64,000 nt of DNA from an uncultured Gemmatimonadaceae bacterium (lineage in GTDB: Bacteria; Gemmatimonadota; Gemmatimonadetes; Gemmatimonadales; Gemmatimonadaceae). Each line of letters begins with the position of its first letter. Positions within the stretch are counted from its first letter, which is position 1. Below are positions 20,644-31,091 of the stretch, one piece after another. The position numbers and the translations under genes are program-made. The stretch covers positions 1,216,001-1,280,000 of the forward strand of contig CAWJMB010000002.1 in the NCBI GenBank assembly GCA_963843845.1. The letters run 5' to 3'. The notes below the pieces were generated by a model that saw only the letters and a list, made by a program, of their open reading frames with translations, had not been told where the DNA came from and searched no databases.

Positions 20644-21954
20644 GTGCGCATCACGATCATCGGTAGCGGCTACGTCGGACTCGTCTCCGGCGCCTGTTTC
20701 GCGCAGTTCGGCCACGACGTCATCTGCGTCGACAAGGACGAGAGCAAGATCTCGCGGCTGTTGCAGGGGGAGATCCCGATCTACGAGCCGGGGCTCGATC
20801 AGCTCGTCGCGGACAACGTGCGCGCCGGGCGTCTCGCGTTCACGACGTCGCTCGCCGAGGCCGTTCCCGGCGCGGCCGCCGTGTTCATCGCCGTCGGCAC
20901 GCCGAGCCGACGCGGCGACGGCCACGCGGATCTGTCGTATGTCTACGCGGCGGCGGAGGAGATCGCCGCGGCGCTCGACGGCTACACCGTCATCGTCGAC
21001 AAGTCGACCGTCCCGGTCGGGACCGGGCGCGAGGTCGAGCGGATCGTCCGCGCGGCGCGCCCCGGCGCCGACTTCGACGTCGCGTCGAACCCCGAGTTTC
21101 TCCGGGAAGGCTCGGCGATCGAAGACTTCATGCGGCCGGACCGCGTCGTCATCGGCACCACGAGCGAGCGGGCGCGCGACGTCATGCGGCAGCTCTATCG
21201 TCCGCTCTTCCTGCTCGAGACGCCGATCGTGATGACGACGCTCGAGACGGCCGAGCTCATCAAGTACGCCGCGAACGCGTTCCTGGCGACGAAGATCACG
21301 TTCATCAACGAGATCGCGAACATCTGCGAGCAGGTCGGTGCGGACGTGCAGGACGTCGCGAAGGGGATGGGGCTCGACGGGCGGATCGGGAAGAAGTTCT
21401 TGCACGCCGGGCCGGGCTACGGCGGATCGTGTTTCCCGAAAGACACACGCGCGCTCGCTCGCTCGGCGCGCGAGGTGGGGGCACCGATCCAGCTCGTCGA
21501 GACGGTGATCGCGGTGAACGACGCGCGCAAACGCGCGATGGCCGACCGCGTGGTCGCCGCGGCCGGCGGGTCGCTCGCGGAACGGCGCGTCGGCGTCCTC
21601 GGCGTCAGCTTCAAGCCGAATACCGACGACATGCGCGAGGCACCGAGCCTCGACGTGATCCCCGCCCTGCAGGCGGCCGGTGCGCGCATCCAGGCGTACG
21701 ACCCGGCAGCGATGCACGAGGCGGCGAAGTATCTCGACGACGTCACGTGGTGCGAGAGCGCGTACGACGCGATCGACGGGGCGGACGTGCTGCTGCTCCT
21801 GACCGAGTGGAACGAGTTCCGGGCGCTCGATCTGGCGCGCGTGCGGTCGCTCCTCGCGCAGCCGATCGTCGTCGACTTGCGGAACGTCTACCGCGCCGAC
21901 GAGATGGCGGCCGCCGGGCTCACCTACCACTCGATCGGCCGCCCGGCACTGTAG
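20644..21954 (+). CDS. ugd: UDP-glucose 6-dehydrogenase
   Basis: IIGSGYVG, PIYEPGL, NPEFLREG, GYGGSCFPKD, FKPNTDDMRE. Confidence 0.95.
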   Translation: MRITIIGSGYVGLVSGACFAQFGHDVICVDKDESKISRLLQGEIPIYEPGLDQLVADNVRAGRLAFTTSLAEAVPGAAAVFIAVGTPSRRGDGHADLSYVYAAAEEIAAALDGYTVIVDKSTVPVGTGREVERIVRAARPGADFDVASNPEFLREGSAIEDFMRPDRVVIGTTSERARDVMRQLYRPLFLLETPIVMTTLETAELIKYAANAFLATKITFINEIANICEQVGADVQDVAKGMGLDGRIGKKFLHAGPGYGGSCFPKDTRALARSAREVGAPIQLVETVIAVNDARKRAMADRVVAAAGGSLAERRVGVLGVSFKPNTDDMREAPSLDVIPALQAAGARIQAYDPAAMHEAAKYLDDVTWCESAYDAIDGADVLLLLTEWNEFRALDLARVRSLLAQPIVVDLRNVYRADEMAAAGLTYHSIGRPAL

Positions 21955-22014
21955 CAGCGGGCGACGGAGGGCCCGGCGACCGAGCGCCGGGCGTGCGATC
22001 TCAGGCGCGCCCGC

Positions 22015-22884
22015 TCAGTGCGCGCCGCGCCGGAACATCATCACCGGCACGGTCATGATCATGATCTTGAGGTCGAACCAGAGGCTCTGCTGCTCGATGT
22101 ACGCGAGGTCGTACTCGACCTTCTTGCGCACGTCCTCGATGCACGAGTCGTAGCTGTGGTTGATCTGCGCCCAGCCGGTGATGCCGGGCTTCACGCGGTG
22201 CCGCAGCGGGTACTCGGGGATCTCCGAGCGCAGGCGCACCACGATGCTCGGCCGCTCGGGGCGCGGGCCGACGATGTTCATCTCGCCGCGCAGCACGTTG
22301 ATGAGCTGCGGGATCTCGTCGATGCGCGTCTTGCGCATGACGTGACCGATCGGCGTGATGCGTGCGTCGTGCTTCGTCGCCCACACGGCCTGCCCGTTCG
22401 CCTCGGCGTCGATGCGCATCGAGCGGAACTTGAGAATCGTGAACGGCTGCCCGCCGAGGTCCTCGATGCGGCGCTCGCGGAGCGCGTTCGACCGGTTCCA
22501 ACGACGGTCGGCGCCGACACGGGTCTGCGTGTAGAACACCGGCCCGCGCGACGTCAGCTTCACGAGGATGGCGACGAGCACACAGAGTGGCGCGAGCACG
22601 AGCAGCGCGATCGCCGCGATCGTCACGTTGACGACCCGCGCGGCCTGCTCGGCGCGCTCGGCGGGGAGCACGTCCCGCACGGTGTCCGGACCCGTCTCGG
22701 CGACGCTGGCGTCGAAGGTCGCCATCATCGGCAATTCTGAGTCTGCCACGCCGGCGTCGATGGCCAGTGGTCCGCTCACGCGCCAGCGCGCGAACGAGGC
22801 TCTGACGTCACCCAGTGTCCGATCATGTAGAATCGCCGCGGGGTGCGCGGTCGTCGGGGTGACCTGCGGGCTCTGACGCTCCAT
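22015..22884 (-). CDS. Priming (undecaprenyl-phosphate) sugar transferase
   Basis: KFRSM, RITPIG, RIDEIPQLINVLRGEMNIVGPRPE, KPGITGWAQ. Confidence 0.93.
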   Translation of the reverse strand: MERQSPQVTPTTAHPAAILHDRTLGDVRASFARWRVSGPLAIDAGVADSELPMMATFDASVAETGPDTVRDVLPAERAEQAARVVNVTIAAIALLVLAPLCVLVAILVKLTSRGPVFYTQTRVGADRRWNRSNALRERRIEDLGGQPFTILKFRSMRIDAEANGQAVWATKHDARITPIGHVMRKTRIDEIPQLINVLRGEMNIVGPRPERPSIVVRLRSEIPEYPLRHRVKPGITGWAQINHSYDSCIEDVRKKVEYDLAYIEQQSLWFDLKIMIMTVPVMMFRRGAH

Positions 22885-22888
22885 ACGG

Positions 22889-23797
22889 TCACTCGGCGTA
22901 CGACGCCCGGATCAGGGCGAGGATGGTTCCGAACGCAGTGAGCCCGATGAAGATCGACTGCGCCGACGGCGCCCACCGACGGTTCTTCTTCTCGGCGACG
23001 TGGATCTCGTCGCCGGATCGAAGCCCGATGTCCTCGACTGTGGCGCCTTCGCGCAACGACTTCGTGACGGCCTTCTCGTCGTACACGCGCGTCGCGCCAC
23101 GTTTGATCGTGATCTTGTCGTACTGCCCGCTCGAGGTCGGGCCGCCGGCGTTGGCGATCGCGTCGCTGAGCTGGCGCGTCGGGTCGACGTTGTAGAAGCC
23201 AGGGCGAGCGACGGCGCCGGTGATCGAGACGCGCGTGAGCGGATACACGCGGACGCGCGGTTCGCGTACGTACGTGCCGACGTACCGCTCCATCGCCGGC
23301 TGAAGCTCGGAGAGCAACACGCCGCGCAGGGAGAACGGCGACCAGTTGAGTAGCGTGACCTCGACATTCTCGCGCACGAGCACCGTATCGGCACGTCGCT
23401 CGCCAGCGCCGAAGTCGATCAGGAAGCGGTCGCCGGTCCGGATGTCGCCGTCGGTGAGCCGGGTGCGCAGCTCCGCGATCTCACGATCGCGGTCCTTGGC
23501 GGACCTCCCGCCACCTGTCGCACGCTGGAGCGAATCCAGTCGAGTCGTCAGCTCGGCGCGCGTGGCGTCCATCGTGCCCGACGTGACCGGGCGCTCGGCC
23601 GGTTGACCGGACGGCTGGGCGTTCGCCTGTGCACGTCCGCTCGACGAGAGCAGCAGCAGGCCGACAGACGCGCCGCGCACGAAGCGCAGAGCCACACGAA
23701 AGCGAGACTTGAGCAACGTCGGAAGATCGAGAGGGCAGCAGCTACGCATCCGGACCGCCGCGGTCCGGTGCGCTGGAGACGAACCGGGGCGGTGCAC
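22889..23797 (-). CDS. Polysaccharide export protein with SLBB domain (Wza/OPX-like)
   Basis: VSITGAVARPGFY, AGGPT, LRSGDEIHV, C-terminal amphipathic helix; true start probably downstream of 23797. Confidence 0.75.
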   Translation of the reverse strand: MHRPGSSPAHRTAAVRMRSCCPLDLPTLLKSRFRVALRFVRGASVGLLLLSSSGRAQANAQPSGQPAERPVTSGTMDATRAELTTRLDSLQRATGGGRSAKDRDREIAELRTRLTDGDIRTGDRFLIDFGAGERRADTVLVRENVEVTLLNWSPFSLRGVLLSELQPAMERYVGTYVREPRVRVYPLTRVSITGAVARPGFYNVDPTRQLSDAIANAGGPTSSGQYDKITIKRGATRVYDEKAVTKSLREGATVEDIGLRSGDEIHVAEKKNRRWAPSAQSIFIGLTAFGTILALIRASYAE

Positions 23798-23838
23798 CCG
23801 GCGGGCGAGCTGAGCCGCCGCACCGAGTTCCAGCCCCT

Positions 23839-23867
23839 ATTCTACAACTTCTGGTACACCGCATCAA
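23839..23867 (-). promoter_or_regulatory. Sigma70-type promoter for the export and priming-transferase genes
   Basis: Minus-strand TTGATG-N17-TAGAAT in an AT-rich patch. Confidence 0.6.
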
Positions 23868-23903
23868 TAATTGTCGACTCGACGCACCAGAGTCTGAAGT
23901 GCC

Positions 23904-23937
23904 AGAAACGCAGAAGACCCGGCGCGTGCGCCGGGTC
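23904..23937 (-). terminator. Intrinsic terminator-like hairpin after wzc
   Basis: GACCCGGCGC/GCGCCGGGTC inverted repeat followed on the minus strand by TTCTGCGTTTCT. Confidence 0.55.
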
Positions 23938-23967
23938 CTCGACTGCCTCCGGACCGATCCGTCGTGC

Positions 23968-26460
23968 TCAGTCGTCGCCGTGCACGGCGACCGCCCCGCC
24001 TCTCTCGCTCCCCGCCGTGAGCGCCGGCGCGTCCTCGGCCATCACGTAGTCCGGGTCGTAGGAGTAGTACTGATACATCATCGAATCGGTCTGCACCTCG
24101 TTCAGAATCGCGCCCATCAGCGTGATCGGGAGGTGCGAGACGACGCCGAGCTTCGCCTTCGCCATCTTGATGTTCGTGCGGTTGTGGCGCAGCACGAGCG
24201 CGAGCTGGCCGCACGCCGTGCCGATCGCGTACGCGTCGGTCCCGGCCCCGAGCGGCGGCGTGTCGATGATGATGACGTCGAACTCGTTCGCGAGCGCCGC
24301 GAGTAGCTGCTTCATGCGCGGCGTCGTGAGCAGCTCCGGCGCGCGGCGATGGCGGGTGCCGCACGGCACGATCGTCAGGTTGTCGTGGCGCGTCGGGTAC
24401 AGCACCTCGGTCAGCAGGCTCGACCCCTCGAGGTAGTCGACGAGTCCTGGCTTCGCCGTGACGTCGAACGTCGTGTTGAGATGACCGCGCCGCGTGTCGG
24501 CGTCGATGACGACGGTCCGCCATCCGCCTTCGGCGAACGACAGGGCGAGGTTGCTCGCGATGAGCGACTTGCCGTCGCCCGGTCCGGGGCTCGTGATGCC
24601 GAATGTGATGGCGCGCTGATTCGCGGCCGCGTAGCGCACGTTCATGCGGATCGCGCGGAACGCCTCGACGATCTGGGCGACCGCCTCCGGCGACTGCCGC
24701 TCCTGGTTCACGCGCGGCACCGCACCGAGCACGTCGAGGCCGAGCTCGGTGCGAACCTGGTCCGGATAGCGGAAGCGGCTATCGAGGCGGTCGAGCAGGA
24801 ACGCGAGCACGACGCCGAGCGCGAGCCCGCCGAGGATGCCGGCGCCGATGAGCTTCGGCGTCGTGTTCGACGTCGGGTCGAGCGGCGTGACCGCGGGGTC
24901 GAGCACCTTCACGTCGGCGATCGCCGACTGGCGCGCGAGGTTCGCGTCCGCGTACGAGAGTCGGAGCTTCGTGTACGTCTCCGTCGCCACGCCGAGCTCG
25001 CGCTGCAAGGCGCTCTGCTGGGTCGTCCGCGTCGGGATCTCGCGCAGCTCGGTCGTCGCGTCGGCAACCTGCGCGCCGACGGTGCGCTCGCGCTCCCGCA
25101 TGATGTCCGCGAACGCCGCGATGCGCTGCGGCAGCACGCGGTCGCGCAGCTCGGCGACGACGCGCATCTGCGCCTGGATCTCGGGAAGCGAGTCCTTGAA
25201 CCCCATCTGGAGCTTTCGAAGCTTCGTCTGCTCCTCGCCGAGTTCCTTGATCGTCGCGCGAAGTGGCTCCGCACTCGGATCGCTCGCGACCATCCCGACA
25301 TTGAGCAGCACTTCGGGCGTCGTGCCCGGCGCTTTGCGGCCGAGCGCGTCGGCCAGGTCGGCGAAGTTGCGACGGTCGCGCTGCAGCGATTCGTACTGGT
25401 ACTTGTTGATCTGGTAAGTGTTGAGGACCGGCTGGTTCAGCTCGATCGAGCTCGTGCCGGCCCCGGTGCCGCCGAGATTCGGGATCTTGACGACGCCGCC
25501 TTCGGACGGCTTCGAGATCGTGGTGACGCGGTAGTTCTCGAGCTGCCGTTCGGTATCGCGGAGCCGCTGCTGCGCCACGTCGAGCTGACTGCCGAGCGCG
25601 GTCGCCTGCTGCACGAGCTCGCGCTGTTTGAGGTCGCCGGCGACGGTGACGAACTGCGCCATCATCGCGTTCAGCGTCGCCGCCGGCTTCTGCGCCGCGG
25701 TGCCGCGGAGCTGCAGGAAGATGACGGGGCTCGTCTCGTTCGTGACCACGTTGAGCCGCGAGCGGATGCTGAGCGAGGCTTCGCGCGGCGTCAGCACCTT
25801 GAAGGCGATCGTGCGCGCTTTCGTCCCGATGAGTCGCGCCGGGGGAACCCAGACGAATCCGGCGCGTCGGCCGACCGAGTCGCCGACGGTGCCCACCTCG
25901 GAGATGGTGCCGAACTTGTCGGTCAGCGTGTAGCGGCCGTTCTCGGTCTTGAACGTGTAGTCGCCCGGAACGAACGACGCGCCCGGCTTGTCGGTGATGC
26001 GGAACCCCGCGAAGAGCGGCAGGTCAGCCGCATCCTTCGGCTGGAGGTAGAGCGCGAGGTCGCGCATCACCGGGTCGATGATCGCGAAGCTCTGGATCAG
26101 GTCACGCCAGCCGGCGTTCTGCGTCAGTGCGCCATCGCTCAGGCCGCGGCCGCCGCTCGTGCGACTCGTCGGCGTCGCGAAGACCGTGGACTGCACCACG
26201 AACTCGGGCTCGATGAAGCGGGTGGCCGCGAAGCCCGCCGCCGTCCCGACGATCGTCGTGAGGACGATCAGCCACCGGTACCGGTGCAGCGCGAGAGCGA
26301 AGCGCGCGAGCGAGAAGCCGCCGGCCTCCTCGCCGGCACCGCCGGCGTAGGGACCACCCGTGTAAGCATCGGGCTCGTACTGGCGAAGCGGCGCTGGCGC
26401 ACTCTGGGCCGGCAGCAGCGCATCGGCGTCGGACGGGAACTGAGGCAGATTCGCGGACAT
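23968..26460 (-). CDS. Polysaccharide co-polymerase / BY tyrosine kinase (Wzc/GumC)
   Basis: Wzz-like N-terminus, coiled coil, TM, EAFRAIR, Walker A SPGPGDGKS, VIDADTRR, IIIDTPP, Tyr cluster YQYYSYDPDY. Confidence 0.92.
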   Translation of the reverse strand: MSANLPQFPSDADALLPAQSAPAPLRQYEPDAYTGGPYAGGAGEEAGGFSLARFALALHRYRWLIVLTTIVGTAAGFAATRFIEPEFVVQSTVFATPTSRTSGGRGLSDGALTQNAGWRDLIQSFAIIDPVMRDLALYLQPKDAADLPLFAGFRITDKPGASFVPGDYTFKTENGRYTLTDKFGTISEVGTVGDSVGRRAGFVWVPPARLIGTKARTIAFKVLTPREASLSIRSRLNVVTNETSPVIFLQLRGTAAQKPAATLNAMMAQFVTVAGDLKQRELVQQATALGSQLDVAQQRLRDTERQLENYRVTTISKPSEGGVVKIPNLGGTGAGTSSIELNQPVLNTYQINKYQYESLQRDRRNFADLADALGRKAPGTTPEVLLNVGMVASDPSAEPLRATIKELGEEQTKLRKLQMGFKDSLPEIQAQMRVVAELRDRVLPQRIAAFADIMRERERTVGAQVADATTELREIPTRTTQQSALQRELGVATETYTKLRLSYADANLARQSAIADVKVLDPAVTPLDPTSNTTPKLIGAGILGGLALGVVLAFLLDRLDSRFRYPDQVRTELGLDVLGAVPRVNQERQSPEAVAQIVEAFRAIRMNVRYAAANQRAITFGITSPGPGDGKSLIASNLALSFAEGGWRTVVIDADTRRGHLNTTFDVTAKPGLVDYLEGSSLLTEVLYPTRHDNLTIVPCGTRHRRAPELLTTPRMKQLLAALANEFDVIIIDTPPLGAGTDAYAIGTACGQLALVLRHNRTNIKMAKAKLGVVSHLPITLMGAILNEVQTDSMMYQYYSYDPDYVMAEDAPALTAGSERGGAVAVHGDD

Positions 26461-26718
26461 CAGGACTATGACTGCCGTCGAGGGGAAGCTGGAAGCGCGA
26501 CAACGCGACGGCCGACTCGATCGGCCACCGGCGGATACCCGTCGGACGCCGGCCACCCGCAAAGGTCACGGCCGCGATCGATCGTCACCGACGAAGAGCG
26601 ACCGCGGCAGAATACCCGCGACGGAGGATTTCGGTCGCGTCCGACACGCGCTTCAGATCGTATCCGGTGCGGCCGACACCCCACAACCGGGGCGTCCATG
26701 CCACACCGCGTGGTAGGA

Positions 26719-26734
26719 AGCCCACACCGTGCCA
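26719..26734 (-). promoter_or_regulatory. Candidate sigma54 (-24/-12) promoter for wzc
   Basis: Minus strand TGGCACGGTGTGGGCT = GG-N10-GC with a perfect TGGCACG; TT before GC is missing. Confidence 0.4.
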
Positions 26735-26817
26735 CCACACCGCGCCGCGAGCGACGCGCGTCGGCGTGGTAATCAAGCGTTGCACGGCGCCTCTGTCGAG
26801 ACTGGCTCCTCCCGCCT

Positions 26818-28405
26818 ATGACTACGCTCGCCTCCGACCCGCCGCCGTCCGACCTCGCCGACGGCGCCCGTCGCGCTGCGCATCCTCATCGTCGACGACG
26901 ACCGCGACGCTGCGCGAGGGGTGTGCGAACATCCTCCGCCTGGACGGGCACGACGTCGTCGTCGTGTCGCGCGGCGAGGAGGCGATCGAACTCGCGGCGC
27001 GGCGGCCATTCGACGTGGCCCTCGTCGACCTCTACATGACGCCGGTCGGAGGGCTGGACGTGCTGCGGGCGATCACCGCGGCGACGCCGCAGACACGCTC
27101 GTCGTCGTCATGACGGGCAATCCGACGGTCGCGTCGAGCCTCGAGGCGCTGCGGGCCGGCGCGTGGGACTACCTGCCGAAGCCGTTCGCGGCGTCGCACC
27201 TCCAGGTGCTCGTCGGCCGCGCGGCGCACGCGGCGCGGCCGAAGAGCGCCGCCGCCGCCGCCGCGCTCGCCGTGCGCCGCAGTCGGCAGCCGGCGACGTG
27301 CGCCCGGCGAGCGGCCGCCTCCGAGCTGCGCGCCGAGACCGGCGGCGCCGCAGCCGGCAGCGGCGACGCGCTGCTCGGCGACTCGCCGGCGTTCCGCCAG
27401 GCGGTCGACGATGGCACGCCGCGTCGCCCCGACCGACGCGTCGGTCATGATCTTCGGCGAGAGCGGCACGGGCAAGGAGCTCATCGCGCAGTTCATCCAC
27501 CGGCACAGCCGGCGCGCGAGCGCGGAAGCTCGTGGCGCTCAACTGCGCGGCGCTCCCGGAGACGCTGCTCGAGAGCGAGATGTTCGGGCACCGGAAAGGG
27601 CGCGTTCACCGGCGCCGACCGCGACAAGCCGGGCCTGCTCGAGGTCGCGAACGGCGGCACGCTGTTCCTCGACGAGCTCGGCGAGATGCCGATGCTCGCT
27701 CCAGGCGAAGCTGCTCCGCGTGATCCAGGACGGCGTCGTGCGGCGCGTCGGCAGCGAGAAGCAGGACGACGGTCGTGAACGTGCGCTTCATCGCGGCGAC
27801 GAACCGCGACCCGCACGAGGCGGTGCGCGACGGCCTGCTGCGCGAGGACCTGTTCTATCGGCTCTGCGTGGTGCCGATCAAGCTGCCCCCGCTGCGGCAG
27901 CGCGCCGACGACGTGGCGCTGCTCGCCCAGCACTTCGCGCGATCGGTTCTGGCGCGCGCCACCGCGGGAGCGGCGCGCCGGCGCCGACGTTCACGCCGGA
28001 GTGCCTCGCGTTCCTCGCAGACGCGGCCCGTGGCCGGGGAACGTGCGCGCAGCTGCAGAACGTCATCGAGCACGTGATGGTCATCGCCGAGCCGGGCGCC
28101 CAGCTCGGCCCCGACGACATCCCGCTGTTCGACGAGATCCCGGCGGACATCGGCGGACGCGCGGCGTCGGGGACGTTCCCGCACGACATCTTCGACGACA
28201 ACTTCCACGCCGCGAAGGACAAGGTGGTCGCGCACTTCGAGCGCGAGTACCTGCACGCGGCTCACGGCGCGCACCGGCGGCAACATGTCGCGCGCGGCGC
28301 GCATCGCCGGGATCGACCGCACGACGCTGTACCGGCTGATGGAGAAGCACGATCTCCGCCGCGACGACCTGGGGACGGTGGCGATCGGGGAGCTCGAGCG
28401 CGTGA
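26818..28405 (+). CDS. Sigma54-dependent response regulator (REC-AAA+-Fis HTH), multiple indels
   Basis: [81 protein letters not shown]. Confidence 0.9.
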
Positions 28406-29679
28406 GCCGGTTCGAGATCGGCCGCCGGCCGACGCCTCCAGCGACGTCCATCGCGCCGCTCGGGGCGGTCGTGCCCCCGGTGTCGGCCGTGCTGGCGGCG
28501 GAGTCCGTGCGCCCGCCGCTGCGCCTCGTTCTCGACGCTCCGCCGCCACGCGGCATCGAGCTGTGGGAATCGCTCGACCGTGCCGCCGGGTGGGTGCTCG
28601 ACGAGCTCGAGGCCGGCCGTCTCGCGGCCGCCGGCGCGCCGAGCCCGGCACAGCACGAACAGACGCGGCACGCGTTACGGCTGCTCTGCGTCGCGGCGCG
28701 CGCCGCGCTCACCGCGGCGAACGACCTGCACGCCGTGGCGACGCTGCTCGGTCATGATCTGCCGCCGGGCACGTCGGCGATCGAGCTGCTGCGCGCCCTC
28801 CGTCGCCGCTTCGTCGCCCAGCAGCTCGACGCGCCGGCCGCCGAGGCCACGGACGCGCTGCGCGCGCTCGCCGCGCTCGACGAGATCGAACACGCGCTCG
28901 AGCGTGATGGCGTCCGATCGCTCGTCGACGGGCTCACCGGCGCGAACGCGCTCGAACAGCTCGTCGAGGTCGCGCACGACATGCGCTCGCCGCTCGGCTC
29001 GATCCTCGTGCTCGTCGAGCGGCTGCGCGCGCAGACGGGCGACGGGGCGTCGGCGACCGAGGTCGCGGGTGTTTCGAGCGCGCCCGCGACCGCGGTCGAT
29101 GCCGACCGCATGCTCGCGCTCGTGCAAGGCGCGGCCTACGGGCTCAGCGCGATGGTCGGCGACGTGATGGAGGCCGCGCGCGGGGGTGACATGCTCGCCG
29201 CAGGGGCGCCCGCGCCATTCTCCGTCGACGCCGTGCTGGCGACGGTCGGCGCGATCGCCGCGCCGCTCGCCGACGAGCGCGGGCTACGGCTCGAGGTGCG
29301 GTGCGCGTGTCCCGGGATGCGCGTCGGTCACGGCGCGGCGATTCAGCGCGTGCTCGTCAACCTCGTGACGAACGCGATCAAGTACACGCCGACCGGAAGT
29401 GTGACGCTCACGGCGATCGGCACGGAGGACGCGTGTCGCTTCACGATTCGCGATACGGGACGGGGGATCCCGGCGCGCGTTCTCGCGCAGCTGTTCCAGC
29501 CGTTCCGGCGCCGCACGACCCGCGGGGGCGGGCGCGCCGGCTCGGCGTTCTCGAGCGCGGGGCTCGGGCTCGCGATCTGTCAGCGGCTCCTCGGCGCGAT
29601 GGAGAGCGAGCTCCGGGTCGAGTCGATCGACGGCGTCGGGACGACCTTCGCGTTCGAACTCGCACTCCCCGCCACGTGA
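28402..29679 (+). CDS. Soluble sensor histidine kinase (HisKA + HATPase)
   Basis: [33 protein letters not shown]; no clear TM segment; GTG start at 28402 inferred. Confidence 0.82.
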   Translation: MSRFEIGRRPTPPATSIAPLGAVVPPVSAVLAAESVRPPLRLVLDAPPPRGIELWESLDRAAGWVLDELEAGRLAAAGAPSPAQHEQTRHALRLLCVAARAALTAANDLHAVATLLGHDLPPGTSAIELLRALRRRFVAQQLDAPAAEATDALRALAALDEIEHALERDGVRSLVDGLTGANALEQLVEVAHDMRSPLGSILVLVERLRAQTGDGASATEVAGVSSAPATAVDADRMLALVQGAAYGLSAMVGDVMEAARGGDMLAAGAPAPFSVDAVLATVGAIAAPLADERGLRLEVRCACPGMRVGHGAAIQRVLVNLVTNAIKYTPTGSVTLTAIGTEDACRFTIRDTGRGIPARVLAQLFQPFRRRTTRGGGRAGSAFSSAGLGLAICQRLLGAMESELRVESIDGVGTTFAFELALPAT

Positions 29680-29698
29680 CTCGGCGCTCGCCAGCGCG

Positions 29699-30502
29699 AT
29701 GGACAAGGCTCCGAGCCGCAATCAGCTTTCCGGCCGTCGAACGGGAGCTCGTGCCCTGCAGTACATCCTGATGCCCAACCTGCGCTACGTCATTCGGACG
29801 TCGGATCATCCGGTCGCCCGCTTCGCTCGTGTCGCGCGGCGCGCGGCGATCGATTTCTCGCTTCCCGTTCCTCGCGTCTTCGCTCGGCCGCTCGTGCGAG
29901 TGTTCTACGGAGTTCGCGCCGCGTACGAATGGGTGCTTCGCGTGTTTCTCTGCGAGCCGTTTCTGAAGGCGCAGTGCGAGACGTACGGCCGCGGGGTCCA
30001 CACGGGACGGTTTCTGCATTACATCATGGGCGCGGGAGCCATCCGGCTCGGCCACCGCGTGCGTCTCGACGGGAAGAGCAATTTCATCTTCGCGTCGGTG
30101 CTGCCCGAGCGCCCGGTGCTCGAGATTGGCGACGACAGCTACGTCAATCACAGCTGCGGCTTCATCGTCGCGCGACGGGTCACGATCGGCCGGAACGTGA
30201 TGATCGCGGCTGGCGTCGTCATCTTCGACTCGCCCGGGCACCCGCTCGACGCGGACGAGCGCATCGCCCATCGCCCGCCGGCGCCGGAAGACATCAAGCC
30301 GGTGACGATCGGGGACAAGGTGTGGATCGCCACCGGCGCGAAGATCTTTCCGGGTGTCACCATCGGCGAGGGCGCGGTGGTCGCGATGGACGCGCTGGTC
30401 ACGAAGGACGTGCCCCCCTACACGCTCGTCGGTGGCAGCCCCGCTCGGCCGATCCGGTCGCTGCGCCCCGACGCCTCACGCTCATCCGGCACCGCACGAT
30501 GA
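29699..30502 (+). CDS. Hexapeptide-repeat (left-handed beta-helix) acyltransferase
   Basis: IGDDSYVN, VTIGRNVMI, PVTIGDKVWIA, GVTIGEGAVV, VTKDVP, GSPAR. Confidence 0.88.
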   Translation: MDKAPSRNQLSGRRTGARALQYILMPNLRYVIRTSDHPVARFARVARRAAIDFSLPVPRVFARPLVRVFYGVRAAYEWVLRVFLCEPFLKAQCETYGRGVHTGRFLHYIMGAGAIRLGHRVRLDGKSNFIFASVLPERPVLEIGDDSYVNHSCGFIVARRVTIGRNVMIAAGVVIFDSPGHPLDADERIAHRPPAPEDIKPVTIGDKVWIATGAKIFPGVTIGEGAVVAMDALVTKDVPPYTLVGGSPARPIRSLRPDASRSSGTAR

Positions 30503-30993
30503 CCGCCCGCTCGCCGCTGTCGTCGGGTCGCTACTGGCTCATGAAGACCGAGCCCCGCACCTACGGGTTCGACGACCTGTGGCGGGCCCCCGGGCGCACG
30601 ACCACGTGGGACGGGACGCGGAACTACCAGGTGCGCAACTTCATGCGCGACGAGATGCACGTCGGCGACGGAGTGCTGATCTACCATTCGAGCGCCGATC
30701 CGACCGGCGTCGCCGGCGTCGCGGAGATCGCGAGCGCCGCGTACGCGGACGAGACCGCGTTCGACCCGGACGACTCGCACTTCGATCCGAAGAGCCGCCG
30801 TGACGCCCCGACGTGGCTCGCCGTCGACGTCCGCGCCACGGCACGGCTGCCGCGGTTCGTGTCGCTCGACGTGATGAAGGGAGAGCCGGCGCTCGCCGAC
30901 ATGGCGGCGCTGCGGCGCGGCAACCGGCTCAGCGTCACCCCGGTCACGGCCGCGGAGTGGGCGGCGATCCGACGCCTCGGCGGACTGCGGTAG
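30499..30993 (+). CDS. EVE domain protein
   Basis: YWLMKTEP, WDGTRNYQVRN, IYHS, RLSVTPVT. Confidence 0.9.
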   Translation: MTARSPLSSGRYWLMKTEPRTYGFDDLWRAPGRTTTWDGTRNYQVRNFMRDEMHVGDGVLIYHSSADPTGVAGVAEIASAAYADETAFDPDDSHFDPKSRRDAPTWLAVDVRATARLPRFVSLDVMKGEPALADMAALRRGNRLSVTPVTAAEWAAIRRLGGLR

Positions 30994-31091
30994 CCTGCGA
31001 CGAACGGCTACATTGCGGTAACGCGTGCGCGCCGCGCAGGCGACCTGTCACGACGAACCGCGACCGTTAGGCACCGCAGAGGGATGAACGG

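Noticed and set aside
19639..21954. 771-aa epimerase-Ugd fusion
   Set aside because: Produced by frameshifts in the epimerase; ugd has its own GTG start at 20644 after the epimerase stop at 20623
24349..26772. Long antisense or alternate-frame ORFs (also 45470-48298, 47008-49281, 35822-37750)
   Set aside because: Arg/Ala/Gly-rich shadows of real genes, expected at this GC content
26768..26784. Sigma54 promoter TGGTAATCAAGCGTTGC on the plus strand
   Set aside because: GG-to-GC spacing is 12 nt rather than the required 10
28285..29679. Apparent Fis-HTH-histidine kinase fusion (464-aa ORF)
   Set aside because: The HTH belongs to the indel-rich upstream regulator; a GTGA at 28402-28405 looks like a normal start/stop overlap, so one more indel explains the fusion
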